Source: Eledone cirrhosa
Taxonomy: Eukaryota
Direction: 5' to 3'
DNA: 64,000 nt
Assembly: GCA_964016885.1 (NCBI GenBank)
Contig: OZ024746.1
Location: 41,106,001-41,170,000, forward strand
A program made the translations under genes and the position numbers. This document shows positions 24,239-36,106 of the stretch, piece by piece. Every line of letters starts with the position of its first letter. Position 1 is the first letter of the stretch. A model generated the notes under the pieces. The model had not been told where the DNA came from. It was given only the letters and a program-made list of their open reading frames with translations, and searched no databases.

Positions 24239-26457
24239 CAGGGGTCACCAAACCACGGCCCGCGACGTCAGTTCATCAGGCCCGCCGACGGTACTTGCAT
24301 TTGCGTGATAAAATGGATGGAACACGAGATGTTTCTAATTCAATGTCTTTTTCATTTTCAGGTCCCGTTTTCTTCACTCTTTATTATGGTTACTAAGAAA
24401 AGAAAAGTGGACGCCGAGTGTCGCATTTTCAATGAAGAATGGGGAGTAAAGTACTTCTTTGTGGAAACAAAGGACCAGAAAGCTAGTTGCGTGGTATGCA
24501 GCGAAAGTGTTGCCGTTTTGAAAGAGTACAATCTTTGGCGTCACTATGAAACAAAACATCTATCAACATATTCAAAGTTTTCTGGAAAGTTATGCTCTGA
24601 GAAATATGAGTCCATGAAATGTGGTTTAGAAACTCAAAGAAATCTCTTTACGAGAAAGTTTGCTGAAAATGAATGTCACTCGTACAAGTTACAAAATAGT
24701 GCCAGGAAAACCGTTTACTGATGGCAACTTCATCAAAGAGTGTATGATGGAAGCAGCAAATGACTTGTGCCCTGAGAAAGCCGATTTGTTTGGAAGTATC
24801 AGCCTTTCGGCAAGTTCAGTTGTGCGAAGAACAGAAGAACTTGGAGAGAACATAGTGCTACAGATATGCGAGAAAGCTAGGAACTTGTTGTGGTATTCTC
24901 TGGCGCTGGATGAGTCTACTGATCTCGAGTACGTCACAACTTCTCGTGTTCATTTGTGGTGTCAATTTGGACTTTCAGATAACGGAAGAGTTGGCATCCG
25001 TTTGCTGCATGCATGGAACAACAACTGGAAAAGACATTTTCATGGAAGTGCAGAAAACTTTGCAAGACTATAACCTTCAGTGGAATCAGCTTCGAGGTGT
25101 TATAGTTGATGGTGGGAAAAACATGGCTGGAGTGAGGTAGGGTCTGGTCGGGCAGATCAAGACTCAGTTGGAAGATTTGCAAATTCCGGGCGCTCTGTTC
25201 ATACATCAGCAAGCACTCTGTGGGAAAGGCTTGGATATTTCTTGTGTACTGAAACCAGTCGTTTCTGCTGTGAACTTCATTCGGGGACATGCACTCAATC
25301 ACCGTCAGTTCCAGGCTTTTCTTGAAGAAATTGATTCTGATTTCTGTGACTTGCCTTATCACACAGCAGTGAGGTGGCTCAGCTGCGGTAAAGTCCTGTT
25401 TCATTTTTACAAGCTCCGAAACGAAATAGATGTTTTTCTCACTGAAAAAGATATAGCTGATCCACAGCTGTTAGATCCTACCTGACTGTCAAAGTTGTCA
25501 GTTTTGGTCGACATCACATTCCACATGAATGAACTGAACTTGAAACTTCAGAGAAAGGATAACCTCGTCTGTGATCTCTACAGAATCATCAAAGGATTTT
25601 GGAGAAAGCTGTCATTGTTTGAAGCACAACTGGAAGGAGAAAACTCATTTTCACTGTTTCAAAGAGTTTTGTGCTACAATTGCTGAAGATGTCAACTTCG
25701 ATTTTCCTAAAAAGATTATTCGCGACTTGAAGCATTTTTTTGGAGAGATTTTTAGATCTTGACAAAATTGAGAGTGACATTCTTCTGTTCCAGAATCCGT
25801 TTGATTGTAACCTTGATGATGTGCCAGTTGAACTACAGTTGGAGCTCATTGAGTTGCAAGCAAATGACTTGTTGAAAGAAGCACAGAGAAGGAAAACTTG
25901 TTGCATTTTACCGCTTCTTACCTGATGTTGAGTTTCCGAAATTGAAGAAATTTGCCACTGGTATGGCATCATTGTTTGGAACAACTTATGTCTGTGAGCA
26001 AACATTTTCAAAAATGAAGTATGTGAAGTCAACACATCGAACGAGATTGACTGATGAACATTTGAAAGCAATTCTCTTGATTGGATGCAGCAATTCCAAA
26101 CCAAACATTGATGATATCTTGAAAGCAAAACGTCAGTTTCACAAATCTCACTAACCTTTTTTGCTGCTTAGTTTGTAAGATTCAGATATGTGCACACTAG
26201 GTCTGATGTAACTATATTTTTGCTAATGTCGCCTTCTTTGATAACTTTTTAGTAAATAAATATGTTGGTTGTCTTTGTTTTTTGTGCATTGCACGCCACT
26301 CGCCCATGATTAACATGGAATGCTAAACGTAGTGTTTCGTCTTTTGTCCCAGAGCTTTCGTTCTGGCTTGCAAGTATTGAACAGAATGATTATGCGGCCC
26401 GCGCTCGTCATTCTTTCAGTTATCCGGCCCACTGTGGAAAACGTTTGGTGATCCCTG
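24239..26457 (+). mobile_element. hAT (Buster/Charlie/SPIN-like) DNA transposon
   Basis: TIRs caggggtcaccaaac / gtttggtgatccctg; perfect 8-bp TSD ctctagat at 24231-24238 and 26458-26465. Confidence 0.95.
24386..26154 (+). pseudogene. Disrupted hAT transposase (GTF2IRD2/SPIN-like)
   Basis: Fragments in different frames: KKRKVDAECRIF, BED-like CVVC..HYETKH, SLALDESTD, HTAVRWLS, FGTTYVCEQTFSKMK; several stops and frameshifts. Confidence 0.92.
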
Positions 26458-28077
26458 CTCTAGATGAATAATGCAAGCAATCGTTTTGTAAATATGTAAT
26501 GATACTACATGAAACTGAATTAGCAATAAAATCTAAAAAAAAGTACTTCAGATTGAAAATTAATGTCTTTTACTCAATATCATATTCTCACAGTAATCTG
26601 TCCTCTAATAATGATACAATAAATCTTTGAATTAACAAACTTTGTATTTAGATATTTTCTGCTAAATCACTACAGGATGTTATGAGTTAACACTTTAGCA
26701 TTTAAACTAGCTGTATCCGGCCAAAATTCTCTCACCACTTCTGTTCAAACCAGCTGTAACTGGTTACTCATACTGATGTTAAGGGATTTTTCTCAATATT
26801 GAATCTATGAGATTTTGATATTTATTTTATGTGAGGTAAAGCCTATAAAAATATAATAGTAAATATAGAGTAATGTAAATGGTAAAGGGCTAAAGCAATT
26901 GACAGAGTTATTAGGGTGTTGTACTAAAAGCACTGCAGTATTCGTTCCAGCTATCTGCTTTCTGAGTTCAAGTCCTATAAAGGTCAACTTCACTTTTCAC
27001 TCTTTCAGCATCAATAAAATAAAGTACCAATTTTAGGTAGTGGATTGACAAAACTGTTTGAGTGTCAGACAAGATGCTTTAGTAGCTTTTAGCAGAGTTC
27101 ACTCTGTTGCATATCATTTGAACCATGTCTCCAATTCAAGGAAATTTTCCTTCTTCCATCCCTCCTGAGCAGTCTCAGAGACCCTGAAAAAAGTTATGTG
27201 TACTGCCCTTCCTGACTAAAGCGGTAAAAAAATTTTTTAAAAAGGGCTAAAGAGCTATGGCAAAAATTAAAAAAATATAATTTTTCTCAATGCCATCTGG
27301 TGGCATCCAGAGGTATTAAATGGGCCAAAGGCAGATTTATCTAGCATATATAATCCTTTAGGTACAGGAGCAGAGAAAATTCCACCACCTTGTTCCATTT
27401 CATTTTCAAGTTCTAGGACCAAAGGTGCAATATTCCCTACATCAAATGGAATATCTTATACAAGGTACCTCCTGACTATCCCAGAGGCCACTACTCCTAG
27501 CTTTATCCCTGCAAGAGTTGCACACATTGCAGCAACCTCCAAAATCCATCAACAAGAAAACCATGTTAACATTTTGCTGTCAGCAGAGAAATATGCGCAA
27601 GGTGGTTAGCCCTTATTCTCAAATCAGCATACCAAAATAAGATCTGCAATTTCCAGTAACATCATATACACCAAATGAATGTTTATCCTCATGCCAATAC
27701 CAGAATGATGCACTCATTGATCCTGCAACACCAGATCCCCAGACCACTGTTTATAAGCAACTACCTATTAACTCTGTTGGAATAGATTATTGAGTACCAT
27801 AAGCCACTGTGTTGTAAATATTGATTGCACAGATTAAAACCTCATGTCACCTTAGTGGATATCATAAACCAATGTGTTGTAAATATTCACTGCACAATTT
27901 AAACTAGAATAAAGCAAAATGAATACTTCTTTGAAAGAGGGATGACTAAAAAAGAGGAGAGGGTATCGGTACTCAAAATCCCAAAATAAGAATATTGTAA
28001 CAAATATATTGTTTTGCAAGCTTTGTAAAGTAATATATCAACTATGAGAGAAAATCAAACAAAAACCATTTACTTAC

Positions 28078-28379
28078 TCGTCTTGGTAACGGTACTCATA
28101 AGCAAACAATAAGACAATTGCTAGAATAAATAGGATGATAAAACTTGTCCAATGTAAAACTGATTTCACATATCTAAGGTTGAAGCAGTGAAGTTGTTCA
28201 GTAATTTTCCTTGATCGAAGAGAATTTTCAGCAAATTGTACTTCAGTTAGCAGTTCTTCATAGAATGTTAATAGAGCATGTTTTGTGGTGAACCCAACTT
28301 GTTCCTCTTGAGGCTTTTCACCACATGTAGAATGGTTGGAGCCCTCCTCTTTTGGAGAAACAGGGTCATGGCTTGGCAT
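28078..28379 (-). CDS. TMEM94: TMEM94-like membrane protein, first coding exon (MPSHDP...YRYQD)
   Basis: Acceptor tttAG before 28386, ATG at 28379, donor GA|gtaagt at 28077 (phase 2). Contains GFTTKHALLTF and the hydrophobic SVLHWTSFIILFILAIVLLFAY. Phase matches the next exon. Confidence 0.8.
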
Positions 28380-29415
28380 GGCACATCTAAAAATATAACA
28401 AAATATATAAAAAATGAATAAAAATAAAAATAATTTAATTTCAATGTTATCAAAATATAAAAAAGAAATACTAAAACAAATCTTATGCATTTTAACTCTC
28501 AAAACAGATTTTCATAAAATTAAGATCTCTTTGAAATCTCAAACAAAATTTGACTTCTGAAAAACTGAATGTAAACCAACTATTTAAAAAGGATGAAAGA
28601 ATGGAAAAAGGTATGTGTGTGCAAATGTATATTTGAACAAAATGTAGCATTTAAAAATAACAGCCATATTTTAAAAAAATGGGGCAATAGAAGAACAAGT
28701 GAAGTAACATAGGTTGAGTGTTTACCAAGAGGTAGCACTGTTTAGGGAAAAATAAAATGAAATGAAAGCAGTCTGTAGAAAAGGTGCATGGAGGTTAACT
28801 TAGAGAGACCAAAATGTAGAGGTGAGCAAGGTTGGAGACAGGGAAATATAATACACATGAACAAGTTACTCTCAATCGATTGAAATATAAATGTACTAAT
28901 ACAAGATGGCTAGTTATAGAAGACAGAGTAGGGGAAATAGGTAGGAAAGATATGTGTAAGGTATGTTAAATATCCTTCAGGCAATAAGCCAATTCAACCA
29001 AACATGCCAAAAAATAAATATATATAAAATAGTACTTATATCACATTGGTTTGATTTACATGAATAAAGTAGTGAAATAATCCAATGTCCATTTATAACA
29101 TATACACACACATATACATATATACACACATATAGATACATATACACACACACACATATATATAGCCAGTTAATCTTGTACGGTAGTTAAGTTGATGACA
29201 ACAAAAAGCATCCAGCCCACCCTGTAAAGTGATCATGTTGACAAAAAACACCTGGTCACCCTTGTAATGAAGCAAATGCGGTTGGTGTTAAGATGAGCAT
29301 CCGGCTACAGAAACACTTCTGTATGAACAAGACATGGTCACCTGATCTGACTTGTCTCACAACAGGAGAACTCCTCTACCCATGTTAGCATTGAAAATGG
29401 ATGTTAAACAGTGAT

Positions 29416-29451
<36 letters not shown>

Positions 29452-29877
29452 CATGCATAGATACACACATATCTATCATACGTCCATTTCCCAGAGATAG
29501 AGAGAGAGAGTGTGTGTGTGTGTATGTGTGTGTGTGTACACACACACACAAATATATACTCATACCTATATATATATATATACTCTAAAAATGAAAAGAA
29601 CAACATATTTAATTATATCATTCTATTCAACCTTTATATGTCTAGGAAAATATACTTAGTAACAATGTATATTATATATGAATGGAAACAAACACACAAA
29701 AGAATAAAAAATTATCAGTAAAGAAATAATTTTAAAAAATATATATTCTCAGATATGATAAAACATGATAGAACTGAAGATAAATTTGCATATCACCTGC
29801 TATAAAGCTAACATAACTCAATAGATGGTTTATTGAAATTAAAGACAGCTGTTTTTGGTCTTAGTACACATGCAGAC

Positions 29878-29928
<51 letters not shown>

Positions 29929-30005
29929 AATAGAAGCAACAAGGCAAACAACACAGTACAATGAAGAAATATATTAGTTTAATACTTGATACAGTAGGAA
30001 AAGAG

Positions 30006-30041
30006 TCCTTACGTTTCAGACACCAGTCCTTCATCAGAAGA
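30006..30041 (-). ncRNA. Minimal hammerhead ribozyme motif (Penelope-type)
   Basis: Minus strand: tctt CTGATGA a ggac-tggt-gtct GAAAC GT A agga. Confidence 0.65.
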
Positions 30042-30247
30042 TAGAATAAGAAATATAAAAGATGAAATACAAAGATAACATGAGAAGAGGAAGGAATGCA
30101 AAAAGATTTGAGAAAAATATTGAGAATATATATATATAAATTTTTATTAATTCCTTCAAGCAAAGTTGGTATCTGTTGGACTCCCTCATATGTATGTCTG
30201 TACTTGTGTATATATATATGTATATATCTTCAGTGTGTGTATGTGTG

Positions 30248-30294
<47 letters not shown>

Positions 30295-30553
30295 TCAATA
30301 AGAACAATGAAGTTTTGTTTACATGTATTTAGATTTTTATTGTGTATTGACCTGTTACACGCGCTTCGCAGATGATTGGCTCAGGGTCACCCATAGAAGT
30401 TATGGACTCGACACAATTATTGATTTGGTCATCAGACTGGCGATGTGACAAGAAATTTGTCGCATTGCCAGTCTGAAGAGCAGTGGAACTCATCAAATTG
30501 GACCAATGGAAATAGTTTCCTTGGTCTGATTTGATGAGTGTGTGCATATGTGT

Positions 30554-30588
<35 letters not shown>

Positions 30589-30846
30589 CACAAAACATCC
30601 AGCCCATAATGTAAAGTGGTCATGTAGGTGTTACGACAAAAAGTACCCAGCACACACTGTAAATGTGGTTGGTGTTAGGAAGGACAAACCAACCAGAAAC
30701 AGTCCTATACGAGTGAGACACGATCACCTGACCCACTTACTTCAAGTGGGAAAAACCCGTCTAACATATGCTAGCATGGAAGATAGACATTAAACGATGA
30801 TTATATATAAGTATGAAATACCGTTTCATTTTTTTCCGTAGATGAT

Positions 30847-30895
<49 letters not shown>

Positions 30896-31998
30896 GTCTC
30901 AAGTGCTCATATTGGTACCACCACCAGTAATTCACTGAGTCACACACTATATATATTATATATATATACACACCCCCATACATATACAGTCAAGTATGTA
31001 TAAGAGGAAGAAGTAATAAATCATTATTTAAATAGTGCTGTGTAGTTTCAAATGTATAATAGAACAGTTTCAATGCCAAACATCATAGTCTGTGTACATG
31101 CACTTACTTGTGTGCACATGTGTGTGTGTGTGTGCATATGCATGTGCGTGCGTATTATAGCTAGCCAAAAAGAGTTTCAACTTACAGCAGTTAAGAAAAG
31201 AATTAAATAAAAAAGATCAATTTATGTTATATTGGTATTTGAAGGTTTGACATAACTAGTATGCTGAGTATCAAAAAGTTATGTAGTGTAGTGGAATATT
31301 ATAGGTATACGAGGAAACACAGACACACACTAGGTCTACTAATATTATGCTCTTTACTTAGTGATCAAATTCATTAGTAATACTACTAATAATATATATA
31401 TTACAATTTTACTATGAACCTCCCAAGTGTTGATTTACAATGATAAATGTACCCAGCACACTCCTTACAGTGGTTGGTGATAGGAAGGCCAACCAGTCAA
31501 ACAAAGGGTTGAGAGGACTCTTCAGCTGTGTCAAAGACATTTGGCAGTGTGTGGGATCATGTGAGTTGCAGGTCACTTCCCTGTCTGAGCCCTCAGTAGG
31601 ATGCAGGAATGTAAGCGAGATGCAGGCCCCTGGCCCATCGTGGGGCCAGTACCTCTACCTTGAGTACCAACCTGGTCTGCTGATCCTGTCCAACCCTTGC
31701 TAGCAGGGAAATCAGATGTTAAATGATGATAATGTTATGAATCTAATTGCTGGAATAAATACCCAACAGAGCTCAGTACTCTATACACTATTAACCCTTT
31801 AGCATTTACATTACTCTATATTAACTATTATATTTTCATGGTAAAGGCTTTACCTCACATAATTGTATCACAATATATTTAATCTATGAGATTTTGATAT
31901 TTATTTTGAGAGCAATACCAGCTTACATTTGAGGTCAATAGTTTGCTGATTTTCACCAACTTCAAATTCTATGTAATTAAAGTGCTAAAATATTTTCA

Positions 31999-32521
31999 CT
32001 TTCATTTTAGAGATAAATATTATACTAGTTCCATTTTGGCTATAAATATTATACTAGTTCCATTTTGGCTATAAATATTATACTAGTTTCATTTTGGCTA
32101 TAAATATTATACTAGTTTCATTTTGGCTATAAATATTATACTAGTTTCATTTTGGCTATAAATATACTAGTTTCATTTTGGCTATAAATATTATACTAGT
32201 TTCATTTTGGCTATAAATATTATACTAGTTTCATTTTGGCTATAAATATTATACTAGTTTCATTTTGGCTATAAATATTATACTAATTTCATTTTGGAGA
32301 TAAATATTATACAGGTAAAATTCCGTTATAACGAATACCATAACAAATTTTTCAATCCCCAAGGTAGTAAGAAACAAACACTCGATTTGTTTTGGTCGAT
32401 CTTGTTATAAACAATTTTTTGTTACAACAAATTTTTTTTATACCCCGTGAATTTTGTTATAACAGAATTTCACAGTACTAGTTTCATTTTGGAGATAAAT
32501 ATTATACCAGTTTCATTTTGG
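31999..32521 (+). repeat. 29-bp minisatellite (ataaatattatactagtttcattttggct), about 12 units, interrupted by a MITE
   Basis: Tandem copies read directly from the sequence; the array resumes after 32477. Confidence 0.95.
32312..32475. mobile_element. Tigger/pogo-like MITE
   Basis: TA|caggtaaaattccgttataac ... gttataacagaatttcacag|TA; a second copy lies at 62779-62937. Confidence 0.8.
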
Positions 32522-34808
32522 AAGTGAAATTTGTTTTTCCTATTGCTTTTATGTATTTTGAATGAATATGAGGTTCAAAATTATTAGAAATTGGTAAAAA
32601 AAAATGGAGTTGTGAAACAAAAACCATACTTTAAACAACACTTAAATCATATATTACAACTTTATAAATATATTCTCCACTCATGAGAATTTCAAAACTG
32701 CCATCTAAACAATGTGTTGATTAGCTGCCTCAGCATATATACAGGATTTGGATTTTTGCCCATTTCTGAGACATAAAATGGGGTGGGGTTTATAAAGTAT
32801 ATTTAGTACTTGACATACATGTCACTGAAGAGAGCAACCCCCTCTCTCAAAATCACAGGTCTATGCCTGCCTCCCCCCTCCATTTTGGCCTATAACCAGC
32901 CTGTTCTCTAAATTTGAGGTTTTATACCTATGAGGTTGCATCTCATAGGTCTTTTGGGTGTAATAATAATGGCCCAAGGTCTATGATGACACCATTTCTG
33001 CAGTGACAGGAGGTGGGATCTGAACTCAGAAAGCACAAGGTTGGAATAGATTCTGTAAAACATCTCAGTCAATGATCTAACAAATCCACCAATCCACTGT
33101 CCTGGATTGGTACCTTACTGACCTTGAAAGGTTAAAAAGTAAAGTTGACCATGCCAAGATTGTTCATGGCCTTAAGTCCAGCTGCAGATTTGCACGATCT
33201 GCAGCAAATGTGACAGACAAAAGATGTACCCTCTAATGGGTTGATTGGGCCAGTTTTTTGGATGTCATCCTTATGTACCCTCATATGCCTGTTAAGACCA
33301 GAGCAATGCCTATATACTCATAACCCAAACATAAATTATATTTATTTAACATTATATATTATATACCAAATGAGCAATTTGAAATGGGACCTATATTTCA
33401 TATCTGGTCTGGGCATTTTACCTGCTTTGCATGGCACTGGGTATAGTCAATTAGATCAACATCAGTACTAAACTAGTACCCATTTTATTGACCACCCTAA
33501 CAATCTTGCCAACCAATTATCCTTTCTATTACTAATGAATAAATTTATCTCGACACCAGAATTAGACATCTTTTTTTCTCTTCACACTTGGATTTTTTTC
33601 TCCACAATATTGGCGGTTCAAACTGCTGGAACATATATGCACAAGCCAAGTATGTTTAACCTTTCTAATGCCAAACAGCCCCTAGTTCTATGATACGAAA
33701 TTGTGTATCTTAAAATAAATTTATCTTAAAATTTAGCATAATTTATGTAAGAAATATTAAGTCATGTTCTAAAGTTTTATATTACTAAATCCTTTCAAGT
33801 TCTTTATTTTCAAAATGATTTTAAAATATCTAGAAATAAGGTACCCAAAGGTTTAAGATATATACTTGTAACAAACAAAAGATCTTTCCAGGCTCATGCA
33901 AAAATAGATTTGGGTGATAGACTTAAATCATCAAGCAGTTTAATCTTTTTATCACCTTATTTCTAATGAAAGAAATTGTCTGATTTTCTGATCACATTGA
34001 AAATAATTAAGAAGGATTTAGTAATATAACTTTCTTGTTATTAAGCTGGTGTTTGGAACGTAACTTAGCAACGGTTCTTACATGAAATTATGGTGGAAGG
34101 TTTTTAAAGAAATAAGCTAGCTTTGTATCATAGAACCAGAACAGTTTCAATTGAGTTGGTAATAAGGAGGTTAAACAACTATAGTATCATAGTTGTTTAA
34201 CTTCTAGTCTGCTGATTGTGCAGACATATGATCAAAATCAACCCAAAGGTGACCATCTCATCTTTTTCAGATAAAATCTATTTAGGACTACAGTAACAAA
34301 TGTTTTTTTTTCTTTTTTGGGGATGGTAGGATGTGATTTGAGAGAATATGTTTGCTATTTGAAATTATGTTTGTTATGTAGCCATTAAGGTTAAATGACT
34401 ACATACCAACACTAATTAGCTTGTTCCAATTATAGCAGAAATTTTCTGCAATAGAATCTTTGTTTTTTTTTATTAATTACATCTACACAATACATATAAA
34501 CAGAATTAGAAAACCAAAAACAAAAAAAGTATTGAGTTATAAACCTAGAGAAAGCAGTGAGAAAAATCAATCTTCAACCCTACCACATTTCAATATTAAA
34601 CTAATGGGTGTTGAAGGAAACAAACAATAGATGATAATGTCCATCTGCTATAAGAGCTAAATTCTCTTGTGGAAAACTCATGAAACTATGCAATAAAAGT
34701 TAATGCGTAATCAATTTTGTAGTAACATGCACTATGGTAGTGACCCAGTTTGTTTCTGCAAAGTTTTGAGATATAAAGAGACACACATGCTCTCCCTTTC
34801 TGTCTATC

Positions 34809-34841
<33 letters not shown>

Positions 34842-34940
34842 ATATATAACGGAGGAAATGTGGTAAGGAGCCAGGTGGACCATAACGCACCAAAGTACTC
34901 AATACTTAGGGTAGTAGAGTGGGTAATAGGAACGAGTAGG

Positions 34941-35036
34941 ACCCCGACGGCTGAGCTCAAGCTGTTTCAACGGCTAATTCTGGACTAAATGAAAATTTTT
35001 ATCCTGGTATTTGAATAGCCGAGCTTCTCAAGGAGT
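34941..35036 (-). ncRNA. Second, slightly mutated copy of the U3-A8 hammerhead
   Basis: Reverse complement of 35624-35719 with three substitutions in stems; core TTGAGAA / GAAA / GTC retained. Confidence 0.6.
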
Positions 35037-35623
35037 AATTCCATATATGGTAAAAGTGATTGTCACAAGGATTGGTCAAAAGTTTGTTGTTGAGACATAA
35101 TTCTATCATGGTAATTTGTGGAGGGAAGGGGTAGCTGAACCTGCCAGTAGGTTGACCCGTCACCATAAGATATACTCGGTTTATTACTTATACCTCTTAA
35201 AAGGGTCTCACTATATAATTCCGTCCCACCTAGTAAACCTTTCTTTAGCAGTACCAGTGAGAGACTTGATAGCTGTCCTTAGGTCGTAGTAACCAGAAAT
35301 TGTTTATTTATTTATTTTTTTTATTTTTTTATTACATTTAATTGCTTTTTAACACACTCAGTATTTTTTTTATATATTTACCCCATACTATTTTACTTAT
35401 TGTTTCGACTTCCTCCCCCTCCCTAGTATCTTCTTTGACCTCATGCCCAGCTGTAGTCGGCACTATCAACGCATGACTGGGTCTGCTCCACCCCTCTCCC
35501 TTTCTCCTACTGGCAGGTTCAGCTACTCCTCCCCTCCACAAATTGCCATGATAGAATTATTATGTCTCAACAACAAACTTTTGACCAATCCTTGTGACAA
35601 TCACTTTTACCATATATGGAATT

Positions 35624-35719
35624 ACCCCTTGAGAAGCTCGGCTATTCAAATACCAGGATAAAAATTTTCATTTAGTCCAGAATTAGCCGTCGAAACGGCT
35701 TGAGCTCAGCCGTCGGGGT
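35624..35719 (+). ncRNA. Type I hammerhead ribozyme, U3-A8 core variant, long stem II
   Basis: acccc TTGAGAA g..cggcta-[long loop]-tagccg.c GAAA cggct-tgagctc-agccg TC ggggt; GUC site at 35712-35714. Confidence 0.72.
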
Positions 35720-35729
35720 CCTACTCGTT

Positions 35730-35771
<42 letters not shown>

Positions 35772-35945
35772 AATTAGGTATGTAACTACAGTTATAGGCG
35801 ACATGCCGTTCAAAGCACTCAATGCTGTTATGTTGGGGTGTATCCCAGAGTTAAGGTGGCTGTACTGTGCAGAGTGTAAATACGGTAAGTAGAGTCAAAA
35901 ACAGTGTTGCAGCATATGCACAATCTTTATTGGCATATTACAATG

Positions 35946-36106
35946 GTTTCAATATCGATCAGCTCAGGGTACAATCATAATGATGGGGCCCAACTCTTCT
36001 ACATCTCCTCAGATATGCCTTTGCATACATGCATATCTGAGGAAATCTAGAAGAAGAGTGAGGCCCCGTCATTATGATTGTTCCCCGAGTTGATCGATAT
36101 TGAAAC
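35946..36106. repeat. Fold-back hairpin with ~70-bp arms, probably a palindromic MITE
   Basis: gtttcaatatcgatcagctc...tcctcagatatgc pairs with gcatatctgagga...gagttgatcgatattgaaac around a 12-nt loop. Confidence 0.85.

Larger units (their letters stand above)
34849..35733. mobile_element. Non-coding element with ~225-bp inverted repeats, each carrying a hammerhead; flanked by (TA)n
   Basis: 34927-35151 is the reverse complement of 35506-35733; (TA)n lies on both sides. Confidence 0.8.

Noticed and set aside
27100-27760. More GC-balanced stretch, possibly an old coding or TE relic
   Set aside because: No motif or open frame that I could identify with confidence.
32012-32311. CRISPR-like array of 29-bp repeats
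   Set aside because: Units are contiguous with no unique spacers, there are no cas genes, and the context is eukaryotic; it is a minisatellite.
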